Of a stretch of DNA of 64,000 bases, positions 17,904-26,163 are shown piece by piece. Every line of letters begins with the position of its first letter. The stretch's first letter is position 1. Position numbers and translations under genes: made by a program. The stretch is taken from contig SVGR01000001.1 of the NCBI GenBank assembly GCA_015056265.1, forward strand, positions 228 to 64,227, read 5' to 3'. The notes beneath the pieces were generated by a model that worked only from the letters and a program-made list of their open reading frames with translations, did not search any database and had not been told where the DNA came from. This DNA is from Clostridiales bacterium. Its GTDB lineage: Bacteria; Bacillota; Clostridia; Christensenellales; Aristaeellaceae.

Positions 17904-18098
17904 TGTATCTCTGCTCCTTCATCAATCCATTGATAAGCAAACACTTCCAATACATATCGGCGCCGGCTGCCCCATCCCCGGGCATTGCGCAAATTCCAGC
18001 ACCTATATTATTATATCACGCCTGTCAAGCATCAAACATTACCTTTCCCATGGTCATTTTCCATTCATTCCCTAAAAAGAACCATTCGTCAGTTTTCG

Positions 18099-18127
18099 TT
18101 GTTCCGCTTTTCCTTCCAAGATATAAT
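18099..18127 (+). promoter_or_regulatory. putative promoter of the toxin-like gene
   Basis: TTGTTC (18099-18104), 17-nt spacer, TATAAT (18122-18127). Confidence 0.4.
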
Positions 18128-18150
18128 GCAAATCGTTGGAGGGATGAATC

Positions 18151-19362
18151 GTGGCAAATGTATTACGCTATGACACCGCTGTTATCGACCAAATCGCTCG
18201 TCAATTGAAAGATTTGGGAAATGAGCTTACTTCCTGTAAAGGAACCGTTGCCGGCATTGCATCCAGCATGACCCGCAAAAGCGGCTCCCAACTGCATTAT
18301 AGCAGCACGAGCCGTCTGAGCATGGCCGGTCTTCGAGTGGGAAATGATTCCATCAAATCCTGTCTGCAGCAATATGCAAATGCGCTGAGCACTTATCAAA
18401 GCTTGGTCGGCAAACTGTCAAACCAGCTGTATCAGCTTTCTCAGAACATTGCCGATACTGAGCACAAGCTTTGCAATGCCATCCAAAAAAACGGGGCAGA
18501 CAGTCCTTTCCATGGCAATAACCATGGCGGCGGCGGAAAATCATTTGGTGATCAATCCTCCGCTGTCACACATGAAATTATTGAGTCCTTGCTGAGCATT
18601 ATTGGTGCTGCAGGTCCGCTGGGGGCGCTGGTTAGTTCCGTGATGGGCATGGGAAACAACGGCTTTGATCTGGAAAGCATTCTGAAATTTGTAGTAAGAG
18701 GCGGGGATGTGGCTATCAAATGGGCCACTGAAGGCTTCGATCTGGTCAATATGCTGGATTTGGCGCCTTATAAAGGTGCAGCTGATGCAGCAATAAAGGG
18801 GTTTGGCAGCCTTGCAAATTGGTTAACCTCCGGCATTACCAGTGCATTTAATAATTGGGAAGAACACGGGGAGCTGAGTGATCGTTTCTTTGTAGAATTC
18901 TTTTCCGAAACAGCAGCTGATGTTGCGCTTGGTACTGCTGCAACGATTGCCGGCGGTGCAATTCTGACAGCTGTAGGAGTTGCCGGAGCACCGGCGCTGG
19001 CCGCTGGCGCAATCGGCGCAGTGATTTACTTTGGTGCAGATTGCCTCTGGAAATATACCATTGGCAATGGGGACAGCATTGCGGAATCCATTGGCAACAC
19101 TGTTGGCAAAGGGTATGAGATGGCAAAGGAAGGCGTCGTTTGGGCAGGTGAAAAGATCGCCCAAGGCGCTGAGATCATCATGGAAGGTGCTTCTAACGTA
19201 GCTGAGGCTGCATTGGACGGCGCACAAAAAGTAGCGCAAGCCGCTGCTGAAGGGCTGAACAATACTGCCGAAGCCATCTGGGAAGGCGCCGCCAAGTTTT
19301 CTAACTGGTTTGGTGAAACGGTACGTGACGGCTGGAATATCTGCGCCCAGTGGGCGTCTTAA
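18151..19362 (+). CDS. toxin-like protein: helical N-terminal domain, Gly linker, glycine-zipper hydrophobic segment, C-terminal 11-mer repeats
   Basis: GGAGGG lies 7 nt before GTG 18151. See findings for the residue-level description. Confidence 0.6.
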   Translation: MANVLRYDTAVIDQIARQLKDLGNELTSCKGTVAGIASSMTRKSGSQLHYSSTSRLSMAGLRVGNDSIKSCLQQYANALSTYQSLVGKLSNQLYQLSQNIADTEHKLCNAIQKNGADSPFHGNNHGGGGKSFGDQSSAVTHEIIESLLSIIGAAGPLGALVSSVMGMGNNGFDLESILKFVVRGGDVAIKWATEGFDLVNMLDLAPYKGAADAAIKGFGSLANWLTSGITSAFNNWEEHGELSDRFFVEFFSETAADVALGTAATIAGGAILTAVGVAGAPALAAGAIGAVIYFGADCLWKYTIGNGDSIAESIGNTVGKGYEMAKEGVVWAGEKIAQGAEIIMEGASNVAEAALDGAQKVAQAAAEGLNNTAEAIWEGAAKFSNWFGETVRDGWNICAQWAS

Positions 19363-19381
19363 TTAAAAGGAGGGTATCATT

Positions 19382-19702
19382 ATGCTGACGCAGGATGTAC
19401 GGAAACTTTTGCCCATTGGATCTGTGGTTCGCTTGGTAGGCGCACAGAAATATCTGATGATCTTTGGCATTCGTCAGACGGACACGAAGGAAAACAGAGA
19501 ATATGACTATATTGCCGTAATGTATCCCGAAGGGAACCTGGGGGAAAACCTTCGTTTTATGTTTGACCATGATGCGATTGAAGAGATTCTCTTTACCGGA
19601 TACGAATCCGTCCAAAGGCAAGCGCTGCTTGATAAACTGCATACTTACTTTGAAAGCCAAAATCAACAAAAAAGAAACAATAACCCCGATAACGTAAAGT
19701 AA
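19382..19702 (+). CDS. DUF4176 domain protein
   Basis: AAGGAGGG lies 7 nt before the ATG. LLPIGSVVRLVGAQKYLMIFG...YDYIAVMYPEG...FMFDHDAIEEILFTGY matches the DUF4176 pattern, including the conserved DY. Confidence 0.75.
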   Translation: MLTQDVRKLLPIGSVVRLVGAQKYLMIFGIRQTDTKENREYDYIAVMYPEGNLGENLRFMFDHDAIEEILFTGYESVQRQALLDKLHTYFESQNQQKRNNNPDNVK

Positions 19703-19826
19703 GCAGTTTTCCTCTGTCAGTCTTTTTCTACGATCATTGAGGACGCCTGTTCAAAATGGCAAATAAGCGTATACCGCATATTTTTTGCTTTTTTCACTTG
19801 AAATCAAAAAATTGTTAAGGAAGATA

Positions 19827-19878
19827 TTGACTTTGGAGAACAAAAGAAATAATATTATATAGGTATTTATATAATATT
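19827..19878 (+). promoter_or_regulatory. promoter overlapped by an 11-bp perfect inverted repeat (candidate operator)
   Basis: TTGACT (19827-19832), 17-nt spacer, TAATAT (19850-19855). Inverted repeat AATATTATATA (19851-19861) / TATATAATATT (19868-19878) has a 6-nt spacer. Confidence 0.5.
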
Positions 19879-19946
19879 ACTTATATAAATGCTTGCATGT
19901 GCGCCGAGAATACACACCGGCTGCGCCACACGAAAGGAGATTCATC

Positions 19947-20465
19947 ATGGATTACAACAACTTCAACAACGACAAGGTGCCCAACTACAATCCCCAGTAC
20001 GCCGCCCCGGCTGCTCCCGCCCTGCCCATGAACTGGCATAAGTTCGTCATCTACTTCGTATTGTTTGCCAATGCCGTTCTGAATGTGATCAATGCAATCC
20101 AGTACTTCACCGGTTCCATATACGGCGGCGAATACGAAAAGCGTATGGTCTATACCGTTTTCAGCGGTCTTCAGACCATTGACGTCCTCATGGGGATTAT
20201 GTGCCTTGCTGTTGCTGTATATGCCCTTCTTACCCGTTTTGCTCTGGCCGGTTACCAGGCCAAGGCCCCCAAAATGATGTCCTCCATGTATCTCATCAAT
20301 GCCGGCATCGCCATTCTGTATTTGCTTCTGGCTTCCGCCTCCACCGGCATCGGCCTTGGCGATCTGATGAATGCCTCCCTGGCCACCAGCCTGGTTGTCT
20401 CCGTGATTATGTTCTTCGCCAACAAAACCTACTACGCCAAGCGCGCCGCCCTGTTTACCAAATAA
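19947..20465 (+). CDS. small polytopic membrane protein (about 4 TM), unknown function
   Basis: AAAGGAG lies 8 nt before ATG 19947. A Pro/Asn/Tyr-rich N-terminus is followed by MNWHKFVIYFVLFANAVLNVI and three further hydrophobic helices. Confidence 0.65.
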   Translation: MDYNNFNNDKVPNYNPQYAAPAAPALPMNWHKFVIYFVLFANAVLNVINAIQYFTGSIYGGEYEKRMVYTVFSGLQTIDVLMGIMCLAVAVYALLTRFALAGYQAKAPKMMSSMYLINAGIAILYLLLASASTGIGLGDLMNASLATSLVVSVIMFFANKTYYAKRAALFTK

Positions 20466-20532
20466 ACCGGGAGAAGAAACAGGCCCTGTTCCGTGCGAAC
20501 CGAACCAGTAAAAACGGACAATAGATAAAGAG

Positions 20533-20568
20533 CCCCCTGATGTAGGATCATAGAACTACGTCAGGGGG
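20533..20568 (+). terminator. hairpin terminator
   Basis: 13-bp stem CCCCCTGATGTAG/CTACGTCAGGGGG followed by TAATTTTAT. Confidence 0.55.
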
Positions 20569-20602
20569 TAATTTTATCGAGCAACGAAAATGCACAGATG
20601 TA

Positions 20603-20734
20603 TCAAAGTATATCGAAGTCATCGAGCAGCTGCGGCGAGAGGGAAAGAGCCGTCAAGAGATAGCTAACACACTTGGTCTGGCGAGGATCCAAATCAAGAA
20701 TCTGAAGCAAGAGAATTTGACAGTGCATCAGTGA
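20603..20734 (+). pseudogene. start-less HTH-domain fragment (recombinase/transposase-like remnant)
   Basis: The frame ending at TGA 20732-20734 reads ...KYIEVIEQLRREGKSRQEIANTLGLARIQIKNLKQENLTVHQ. No ATG/GTG/TTG start occurs before the upstream TAG at 20543. Confidence 0.35.
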
Positions 20735-20746
20735 TCCATGCTGCCA

Positions 20747-22081
20747 TCACCCCAAGGCCGCCGTCTCTACCGTTTCCAGATGATAACGCCTGCGCAGGAC
20801 GAGAGCAATGGCTGGAAGCAGAATCTGAAGGAATGCTGTTGCCAGCAGCAGCGTCTGGGCGTGGCCCATCCGGGTGCCGCAGAAAACCATGGAAAAATCC
20901 GGGTACGCAGCCACAAAGGCCGTTCCCAAGGATACGCCCAGAAATCCGCCCAGATTGACAACAAGGGTATAGAAGGAAACATAATTGGTCTGCTCCTCCC
21001 GGGGCGCATGAAGATAGATGACATTCTGGAAAGCGATATTATAAACTGCCCCGCAAAAATGCTGAAACAATCGCAGAATCGTCATCAGAATCAGGTAGTT
21101 TTCCGAATTGACAAAGGCATAGGCGATATTGGTGGGCGCCATCATCATATAGAAAATCACATAGCTCTTAATCCAGCCCATCTTCCCAATTGTCTGCCGC
21201 GTATAGCGGGAAAGCATAATCAAAACGATGGGATAACAGCAATTGATCACCTGAATATAGGCCAGCGATACGCCCACATCCTGCAGAATAAAGGGATTGA
21301 TCACCGCGCTGTTCACATTCATGCTGAACGCATGGAAGAACGCAATCAGCATAGTCAGCATAAATTTTTTATGCTTCAGCGGCTTCACAAAAATATCCAT
21401 GATCCGGGGCCGGCCGGTTCGGGGATAGGGAAACTCCTTGGGACGGGTAAGCAGAAGGATATCCACCAGCGCCAAGCCATAGGCAAAATATCTCAGCCCG
21501 GCAATGATTGTATAAGCGTGAGGCGTATTGGACAGCGCGTCGGCAATCAGCGCCGCCCCCAGGCCAAAGATACAGGAGATCGTTTGGGCAATGCCCTGGG
21601 ATGTGCTGAAATACCGTGCCCTGACGTCATTGGGAATGAAATTCAGATGCCAAACCGTATACCCGCTTGAAAAAAGGGCATTGATGATAGAGGCAGAAAA
21701 AGTAAGCGCCACAAAAACCAGCGTTTTCATACCCGGATCGGGGATCATGGGCGGAAGAATGGTCGTAGCCAGCAAATACAGCGAATAATAAACCAGCCGC
21801 ACCGCCGCCAGCAGTCCTTTTCTTTTCTGGAATCGCTCCAGAATATAAGGAGAAAAAATCGCAAAACAGCTGGCGATATAAGGAACAAAGGTGATAATCC
21901 CTATATTCACCAGATTGATGCCGTTATGCAGCAAAAATGTCGTAGAAAAGACAGTGCCCGTAATCCCATTGATGATATAGGTTAGAATGAGCGTTGACAG
22001 CATCACGCAGCGGCCTTTGCCCAATTCATCCTTCCAGCAAAACAACGCCTGGGATGCAGCATTCCTATGCGGATGCTTCAT
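20747..22081 (-). CDS. MFS-type transporter
   Basis: About 12 hydrophobic segments. GGAGGAAAGGTCAC precedes ATG at 22081. Substrate unknown. Confidence 0.7.
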   Translation of the reverse strand: MKHPHRNAASQALFCWKDELGKGRCVMLSTLILTYIINGITGTVFSTTFLLHNGINLVNIGIITFVPYIASCFAIFSPYILERFQKRKGLLAAVRLVYYSLYLLATTILPPMIPDPGMKTLVFVALTFSASIINALFSSGYTVWHLNFIPNDVRARYFSTSQGIAQTISCIFGLGAALIADALSNTPHAYTIIAGLRYFAYGLALVDILLLTRPKEFPYPRTGRPRIMDIFVKPLKHKKFMLTMLIAFFHAFSMNVNSAVINPFILQDVGVSLAYIQVINCCYPIVLIMLSRYTRQTIGKMGWIKSYVIFYMMMAPTNIAYAFVNSENYLILMTILRLFQHFCGAVYNIAFQNVIYLHAPREEQTNYVSFYTLVVNLGGFLGVSLGTAFVAAYPDFSMVFCGTRMGHAQTLLLATAFLQILLPAIALVLRRRYHLETVETAALG

Positions 22082-22341
22082 GTGACCTTTCCTCCGTTTT
22101 TTTCTCATAATACCACGCTTTTCACTTCTTTTCCATAGCGAAAACATTCTTTTTCTATGATAATTGTTTCTTATTTCCCTATTTATTCCCTATTTGGGTT
22201 TCCTCTTTCTTCTGCCGTCGGCGCTGCATTCAGCCTACAGTTTATTTGCTGCCGTTCAAATTCTATCCGCCAATAATATAGCATACGGAAGCTTTTCACA
22301 AATGAACACCTTCACCTAGCCAGCGTTTTTCTTTATACAAT

Positions 22342-22374
22342 AAAAAACTTTCCAGGGTGAAATTTCCTGGAAAG
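22342..22374 (-). terminator. terminator of the SBP-BNR-PHP operon
   Basis: CTTTCCAGG/CCTGGAAAG stem followed by T6 on the minus strand. Confidence 0.65.
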
Positions 22375-22385
22375 CTCAGCCTTTA

Positions 22386-23408
22386 TTATTTCAGCACCTC
22401 ATCCACAAAATAAGCATTGGTGCAGGCGTGGCGGCCCTTTTCATCCGTCACGGTAATACGGAAATAGCCATCAATCATTTCTACAGGGAAGGAGGCCTGG
22501 GTAAGGGGCTGATCCCCCTGGGGATAGGCCGCCCGATCCCGGCGGAGCGCATAGCAGCAGGTAATCTTTGCGGCGGGGGAGCATTGGATATGCACCTTCC
22601 CATCCTCCAGCCACAGGGCATGGATTTCCGGCCCCTGAGAGGCATAGAAATGACCATCCTCCAGGGCTTTGGTAATTTTACGGTATTCCAGGGCGTCCGC
22701 CTTGATCATGGTAAACGCCAGGCCGGAATCAAAGTAAGGGCTGTCCTCCGGGGCGCCGTTGTGATTATCATCGGCGCCGATACAATAGATGCGCTTGCCC
22801 TGGAACAGGAAATCATCATACACCCGGGGATTATAATCGTCATACCCGCCGGCAAGGCAGCTGCCGTTCATGATTTCAAAGGCGTGCATTTCCTCATAGC
22901 GGCTGTAATGGGGATAATGCTCCTTGGACCAGGAAGGATGATTATAGGTGACGAAGAAGCCCTTTTCCCGGGCGGTTTTCATCATGCGGTTGATGCCCTC
23001 GCCGGTGTATTCCCGCTCAAAATCCGGCGCATTTTCATCGAATTGCACCTGATCCCGGTATTTTGGCGCATTGGCGAAAAGATATTTTTCTCTATGCCAG
23101 CAGGGCTGAACGCGCTGATCCTGCTCCAGAGCGATGAAGCAGATATGACAGCATTTATTTTCCCAGGCCCCCCGATCATTTTCATTGATTTCCGCCTCAA
23201 AGCCGTTGAGCGGCAGAAAATCCGCATCCTGCAGCTCATCATGGGGAATGAAAATGTCATGATCCGTATAGGCCAGCACGGAATAGCCCAGCCTTTTGTA
23301 CAGTTCCTTCAGTTCCTCCGGGGTTTTGCGCCCATCGGACAAGGTGGAATGACAATGGAGATTGGCTTTGTAGAAATTTCCCGTTTCCGGAAGCAGATAT
23401 TTCTTCAC
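22386..23408 (-). CDS. PHP-domain metal-dependent phosphoesterase
   Basis: NLHCHSTLSDGRKTPEEL...AYTDHD is the PHP His/Asp signature. GTG start has AAGGGGG 9 nt upstream. Confidence 0.75.
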   Translation of the reverse strand: MKKYLLPETGNFYKANLHCHSTLSDGRKTPEELKELYKRLGYSVLAYTDHDIFIPHDELQDADFLPLNGFEAEINENDRGAWENKCCHICFIALEQDQRVQPCWHREKYLFANAPKYRDQVQFDENAPDFEREYTGEGINRMMKTAREKGFFVTYNHPSWSKEHYPHYSRYEEMHAFEIMNGSCLAGGYDDYNPRVYDDFLFQGKRIYCIGADDNHNGAPEDSPYFDSGLAFTMIKADALEYRKITKALEDGHFYASQGPEIHALWLEDGKVHIQCSPAAKITCCYALRRDRAAYPQGDQPLTQASFPVEMIDGYFRITVTDEKGRHACTNAYFVDEVLK

Positions 23409-23422
23409 GGTTCATAGCCCCC

Positions 23423-24679
23423 TTACTTATTGGTATACTTGGGCTTATAGCCGGAATAAGCAGGTTCGTAGGTGGTTTCATCGAAATAGTACCGCATGAA
23501 CACCAGCTTGGTGTAGCCCTCTTCGGAATTTTCATCGGGGATATTATTCACGAAATAAGCAGTTTTCCCATCGGCGGCGGCGAAGATGGCCCGGCTGTAG
23601 CCGCCGTTGGGGTTGCGGTAATTTTGGGGCTGATACCACATATCCCAGCTGTCGGGATCGCCCAGATTATCATTGACGTACACCACATTGCCCCGGCTTT
23701 GGCCAGGCACCTGGAAGCCGCAGGTCAGCAGCAGCAGGCCGTTTTCACCATAGCCGGGCACATAGGCGATATAGGGGCTGGAACCCAGTGCAGCGCCGTT
23801 TTTCAGCACGATTTTGATGCCGGGATCGGCAGGATCGCCCCAATCGATGCCGTCATAGGAGAATTTGTAATGCACGGGATTGCCGGAATTGCTATTATCC
23901 GCATCGCAGATTTCATACACCATGATGTAGCGGCCGTCGTTCATCTGGGCCACCACGCCCATGCCGGGCCGCAGGGACTGATCTTCCAAGGCCACCAAAT
24001 CGATGGCGTCGTCCGAATTCCGGGGATCGCCCCAATTGACGCCGTCGTCAGAAAGTCGCATCACCATCTTCTGGCTGTATTGGGGTTCTTCCGTGGAGTC
24101 AGAATAATAGCAGGCCAGCTGACCGTTGGGCAGCATCATGATGAAGGGCTCCCATACGCCGGTGGTCAGGCCGCCGCCGATGGCCACGGTGCCGAACTGT
24201 TCCCAGGTGTAGCCCAAGTCAAAGCTGCGGTACATGCGCAGAGCGCTCTGGCGCTGATGGCCGGAATCAATGGAGCAGGCCGCCATCAGCAGGGTGCCGG
24301 CAGGCATATCCCCCAGCTGGCAGGGCAGTTCATAGAGATGGGGATTCCATTCCGATTGAATGGCCGCCGCCTTTTCACGGACGGTGGTTACATGCTCCCA
24401 GGTGCTGCCCCCATCCCGGCTGATATAGATGGGATAGCCGGGCCTTTCCTTGTGCAGGCCGGAGGTGCCGATGGAGCAGGTGCTGATCAGCAGGCCGTTG
24501 TTTTCGCCGTTGTGCATCAGTTCAATCACCCGGGCGTAGGAAAAGGCAGAGCTCCAGTACTGGGCGTCATAATCCACCGTAGCTACGGTGACCAGTTCCC
24601 CGTATTCCGGGGCGGCCAGCGCCGGCAGAGCCATCGAGCATACCATCATCAACGCCAAAATCATCCCCAATTTCTTCAT
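23423..24679 (-). CDS. secreted BNR/Asp-box beta-propeller protein (sialidase/GH93-like fold)
   Basis: Signal peptide MKKLGMILALMMVCSMALPALA. Asp-boxes SRDGGSTW, SFDLGYTW and LSDDGVNW. Confidence 0.7.
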   Translation of the reverse strand: MKKLGMILALMMVCSMALPALAAPEYGELVTVATVDYDAQYWSSAFSYARVIELMHNGENNGLLISTCSIGTSGLHKERPGYPIYISRDGGSTWEHVTTVREKAAAIQSEWNPHLYELPCQLGDMPAGTLLMAACSIDSGHQRQSALRMYRSFDLGYTWEQFGTVAIGGGLTTGVWEPFIMMLPNGQLACYYSDSTEEPQYSQKMVMRLSDDGVNWGDPRNSDDAIDLVALEDQSLRPGMGVVAQMNDGRYIMVYEICDADNSNSGNPVHYKFSYDGIDWGDPADPGIKIVLKNGAALGSSPYIAYVPGYGENGLLLLTCGFQVPGQSRGNVVYVNDNLGDPDSWDMWYQPQNYRNPNGGYSRAIFAAADGKTAYFVNNIPDENSEEGYTKLVFMRYYFDETTYEPAYSGYKPKYTNK

Positions 24680-24721
24680 TTTTTATTTTTTCCTTTCATC
24701 TGATTTGCGTGGGAATTTTCT

Positions 24722-26053
24722 TTATTCAAATATGTCATTGGCCACATCAATGGATTGCTGCAGCAAGGGATACTGCTTTTCAACGATGGTGGGCCAGGGA
24801 ACCTCAAACTGAGATACCTCGGACAGCATATTGTAGATACCCGCGGAATCATCGCCCCAGGTGCCCACGCCGCCGGAGATCGGAATGTGCATAATGAATT
24901 TTTCCTGATCGTTCATTTCATCGATCAGCGCTTCAATTTCTTCCGGCCAATCCTGCACCTGAATGCCGGCGCGCCGCTTCAGCTCATCCGCCAGGCCTTC
25001 ATTGAGGGCCAGGGCCCGCTCGCAGGCCAGATAGGCCAGGGCGCCGTTGGGATTGGGGGAATCCTTGCCCACCCAGTACACTGCCACACGGCCATGCACA
25101 TGATATTCATCCAGGCTGTCCAGCCGGGGGGCGGGGGCCACGCCGATTTCGCCGCTGACGATCTTATCATAATATGTGCCCATCAGCCACTGCTCCTGCA
25201 GCATCATCACGCACTGCTTGGAATCAAAGCAGCTTTCCTCTTCCAGGGACATGATGCGGCTGTTGTCCCCGGCGCTGCCGGTATCATAATAGAAATTGTA
25301 GTATTCCGCCAGGGCAGGGGACCGCAGATTATTGCTGTACAGGCCCGTTTCGGGATCATAACTCACATAATCCTCGCCGGTAATCATATGGGAGCAGCCG
25401 GGGGTAATGGCAAAGCCGTAAATATCCACGATGCCGTCCCGATCAAAATCCTGGGTCAGCTCCTTGCCCAGCTCGCCCAAGGTAGAAAGGGTCCATTCCC
25501 CGTTTTCATACAGCTCCAGGGGCGTTTCCAGGCCAAGATCCTCAAAATAACTGGTCCAATAGTAGATGTAGCTGTTGTTGTATACCTTACCGGTAGGGAA
25601 GAGATAATACCGGTCCTGATAGGCATACATATCCGCCGTTTCCTTCAGCCCTGCCCACAGGGGATCGTCGAAATCCAGCCAATCCGTCACATCCGCCACC
25701 ACATCATTGCGGATGAAGGCGGGCATTTCCTGGGAGCGGAATTTGATCAAATCGGGGCTCTGGCCGGAGAGGCGCAAAGAAGCGGCCTTACTGGAAATTT
25801 CCGCATAGGTGGTGCGGATCGTCTTCAATTTGATGCCGTATACCTCCTGCATCAGCAGATTGGCCGCCCAGTTGTTAACGCTCTTCTGATTATCCCATCC
25901 AAGATAGGTGACCACATCGCTGGTAAATTCCAGCTCAGGCAGGCCCAGGGCCTCCCGGGTGATCACAAATTCCTCTTCAGCAGAAGCGCCGAAGCATCCC
26001 AGCGTACCCAGCATCAGCAGCAGAGCCATGAGAAGCGACAACCCTTTTTTCAT
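24722..26053 (-). CDS. ABC transporter extracellular solute-binding protein (sugar type)
   Basis: GAAGGAGGAAGTAAA precedes the ATG. Signal peptide MKKGLSLLMALLLMLGTLGCFG contains a lipobox-like LGC. Size is about 440 aa. Confidence 0.75.
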   Translation of the reverse strand: MKKGLSLLMALLLMLGTLGCFGASAEEEFVITREALGLPELEFTSDVVTYLGWDNQKSVNNWAANLLMQEVYGIKLKTIRTTYAEISSKAASLRLSGQSPDLIKFRSQEMPAFIRNDVVADVTDWLDFDDPLWAGLKETADMYAYQDRYYLFPTGKVYNNSYIYYWTSYFEDLGLETPLELYENGEWTLSTLGELGKELTQDFDRDGIVDIYGFAITPGCSHMITGEDYVSYDPETGLYSNNLRSPALAEYYNFYYDTGSAGDNSRIMSLEEESCFDSKQCVMMLQEQWLMGTYYDKIVSGEIGVAPAPRLDSLDEYHVHGRVAVYWVGKDSPNPNGALAYLACERALALNEGLADELKRRAGIQVQDWPEEIEALIDEMNDQEKFIMHIPISGGVGTWGDDSAGIYNMLSEVSQFEVPWPTIVEKQYPLLQQSIDVANDIFE

Positions 26054-26163
26054 TTTACTTCCTCCTTCAATTGTGCTTTCTTGTTTGTTTTTCGTCGCAA
26101 TACGCCGCATACAAGATAGATTACTTTTTTATCATATCATTTCCCCCGCAATTATTCAATGGA

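Noticed and set aside
16691-17933. Alternative-frame and antisense ORFs through the His-rich repeat (16691-17263 minus, 16695-17933 plus), and the possibility that the 51-bp repeats form a CRISPR-like array.
   Set aside because: The repeats are contiguous with no spacers and in frame within a GTPase whose N- and C-terminal domains flank them. The alternative frames give I/M/T-only strings.
17904-18098. A Zur/Fur-type operator upstream of the CobW-like GTPase operon.
   Set aside because: Only a short TCAAT-NN-ATTGA element (about 17919-17930) next to the RBS was found. Nothing resembles the long AT-rich Zur palindrome, so no regulatory call was made.
7817-20734. The truncated resolvase (7817-8179) and the HTH fragment (20603-20734), both on the plus strand, as two halves of one recombinase split by a 12-kb insertion.
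   Set aside because: The intervening DNA contains ordinary high-GC chromosomal operons. The middle of the recombinase would still be missing, and no matching repeat boundaries were seen.
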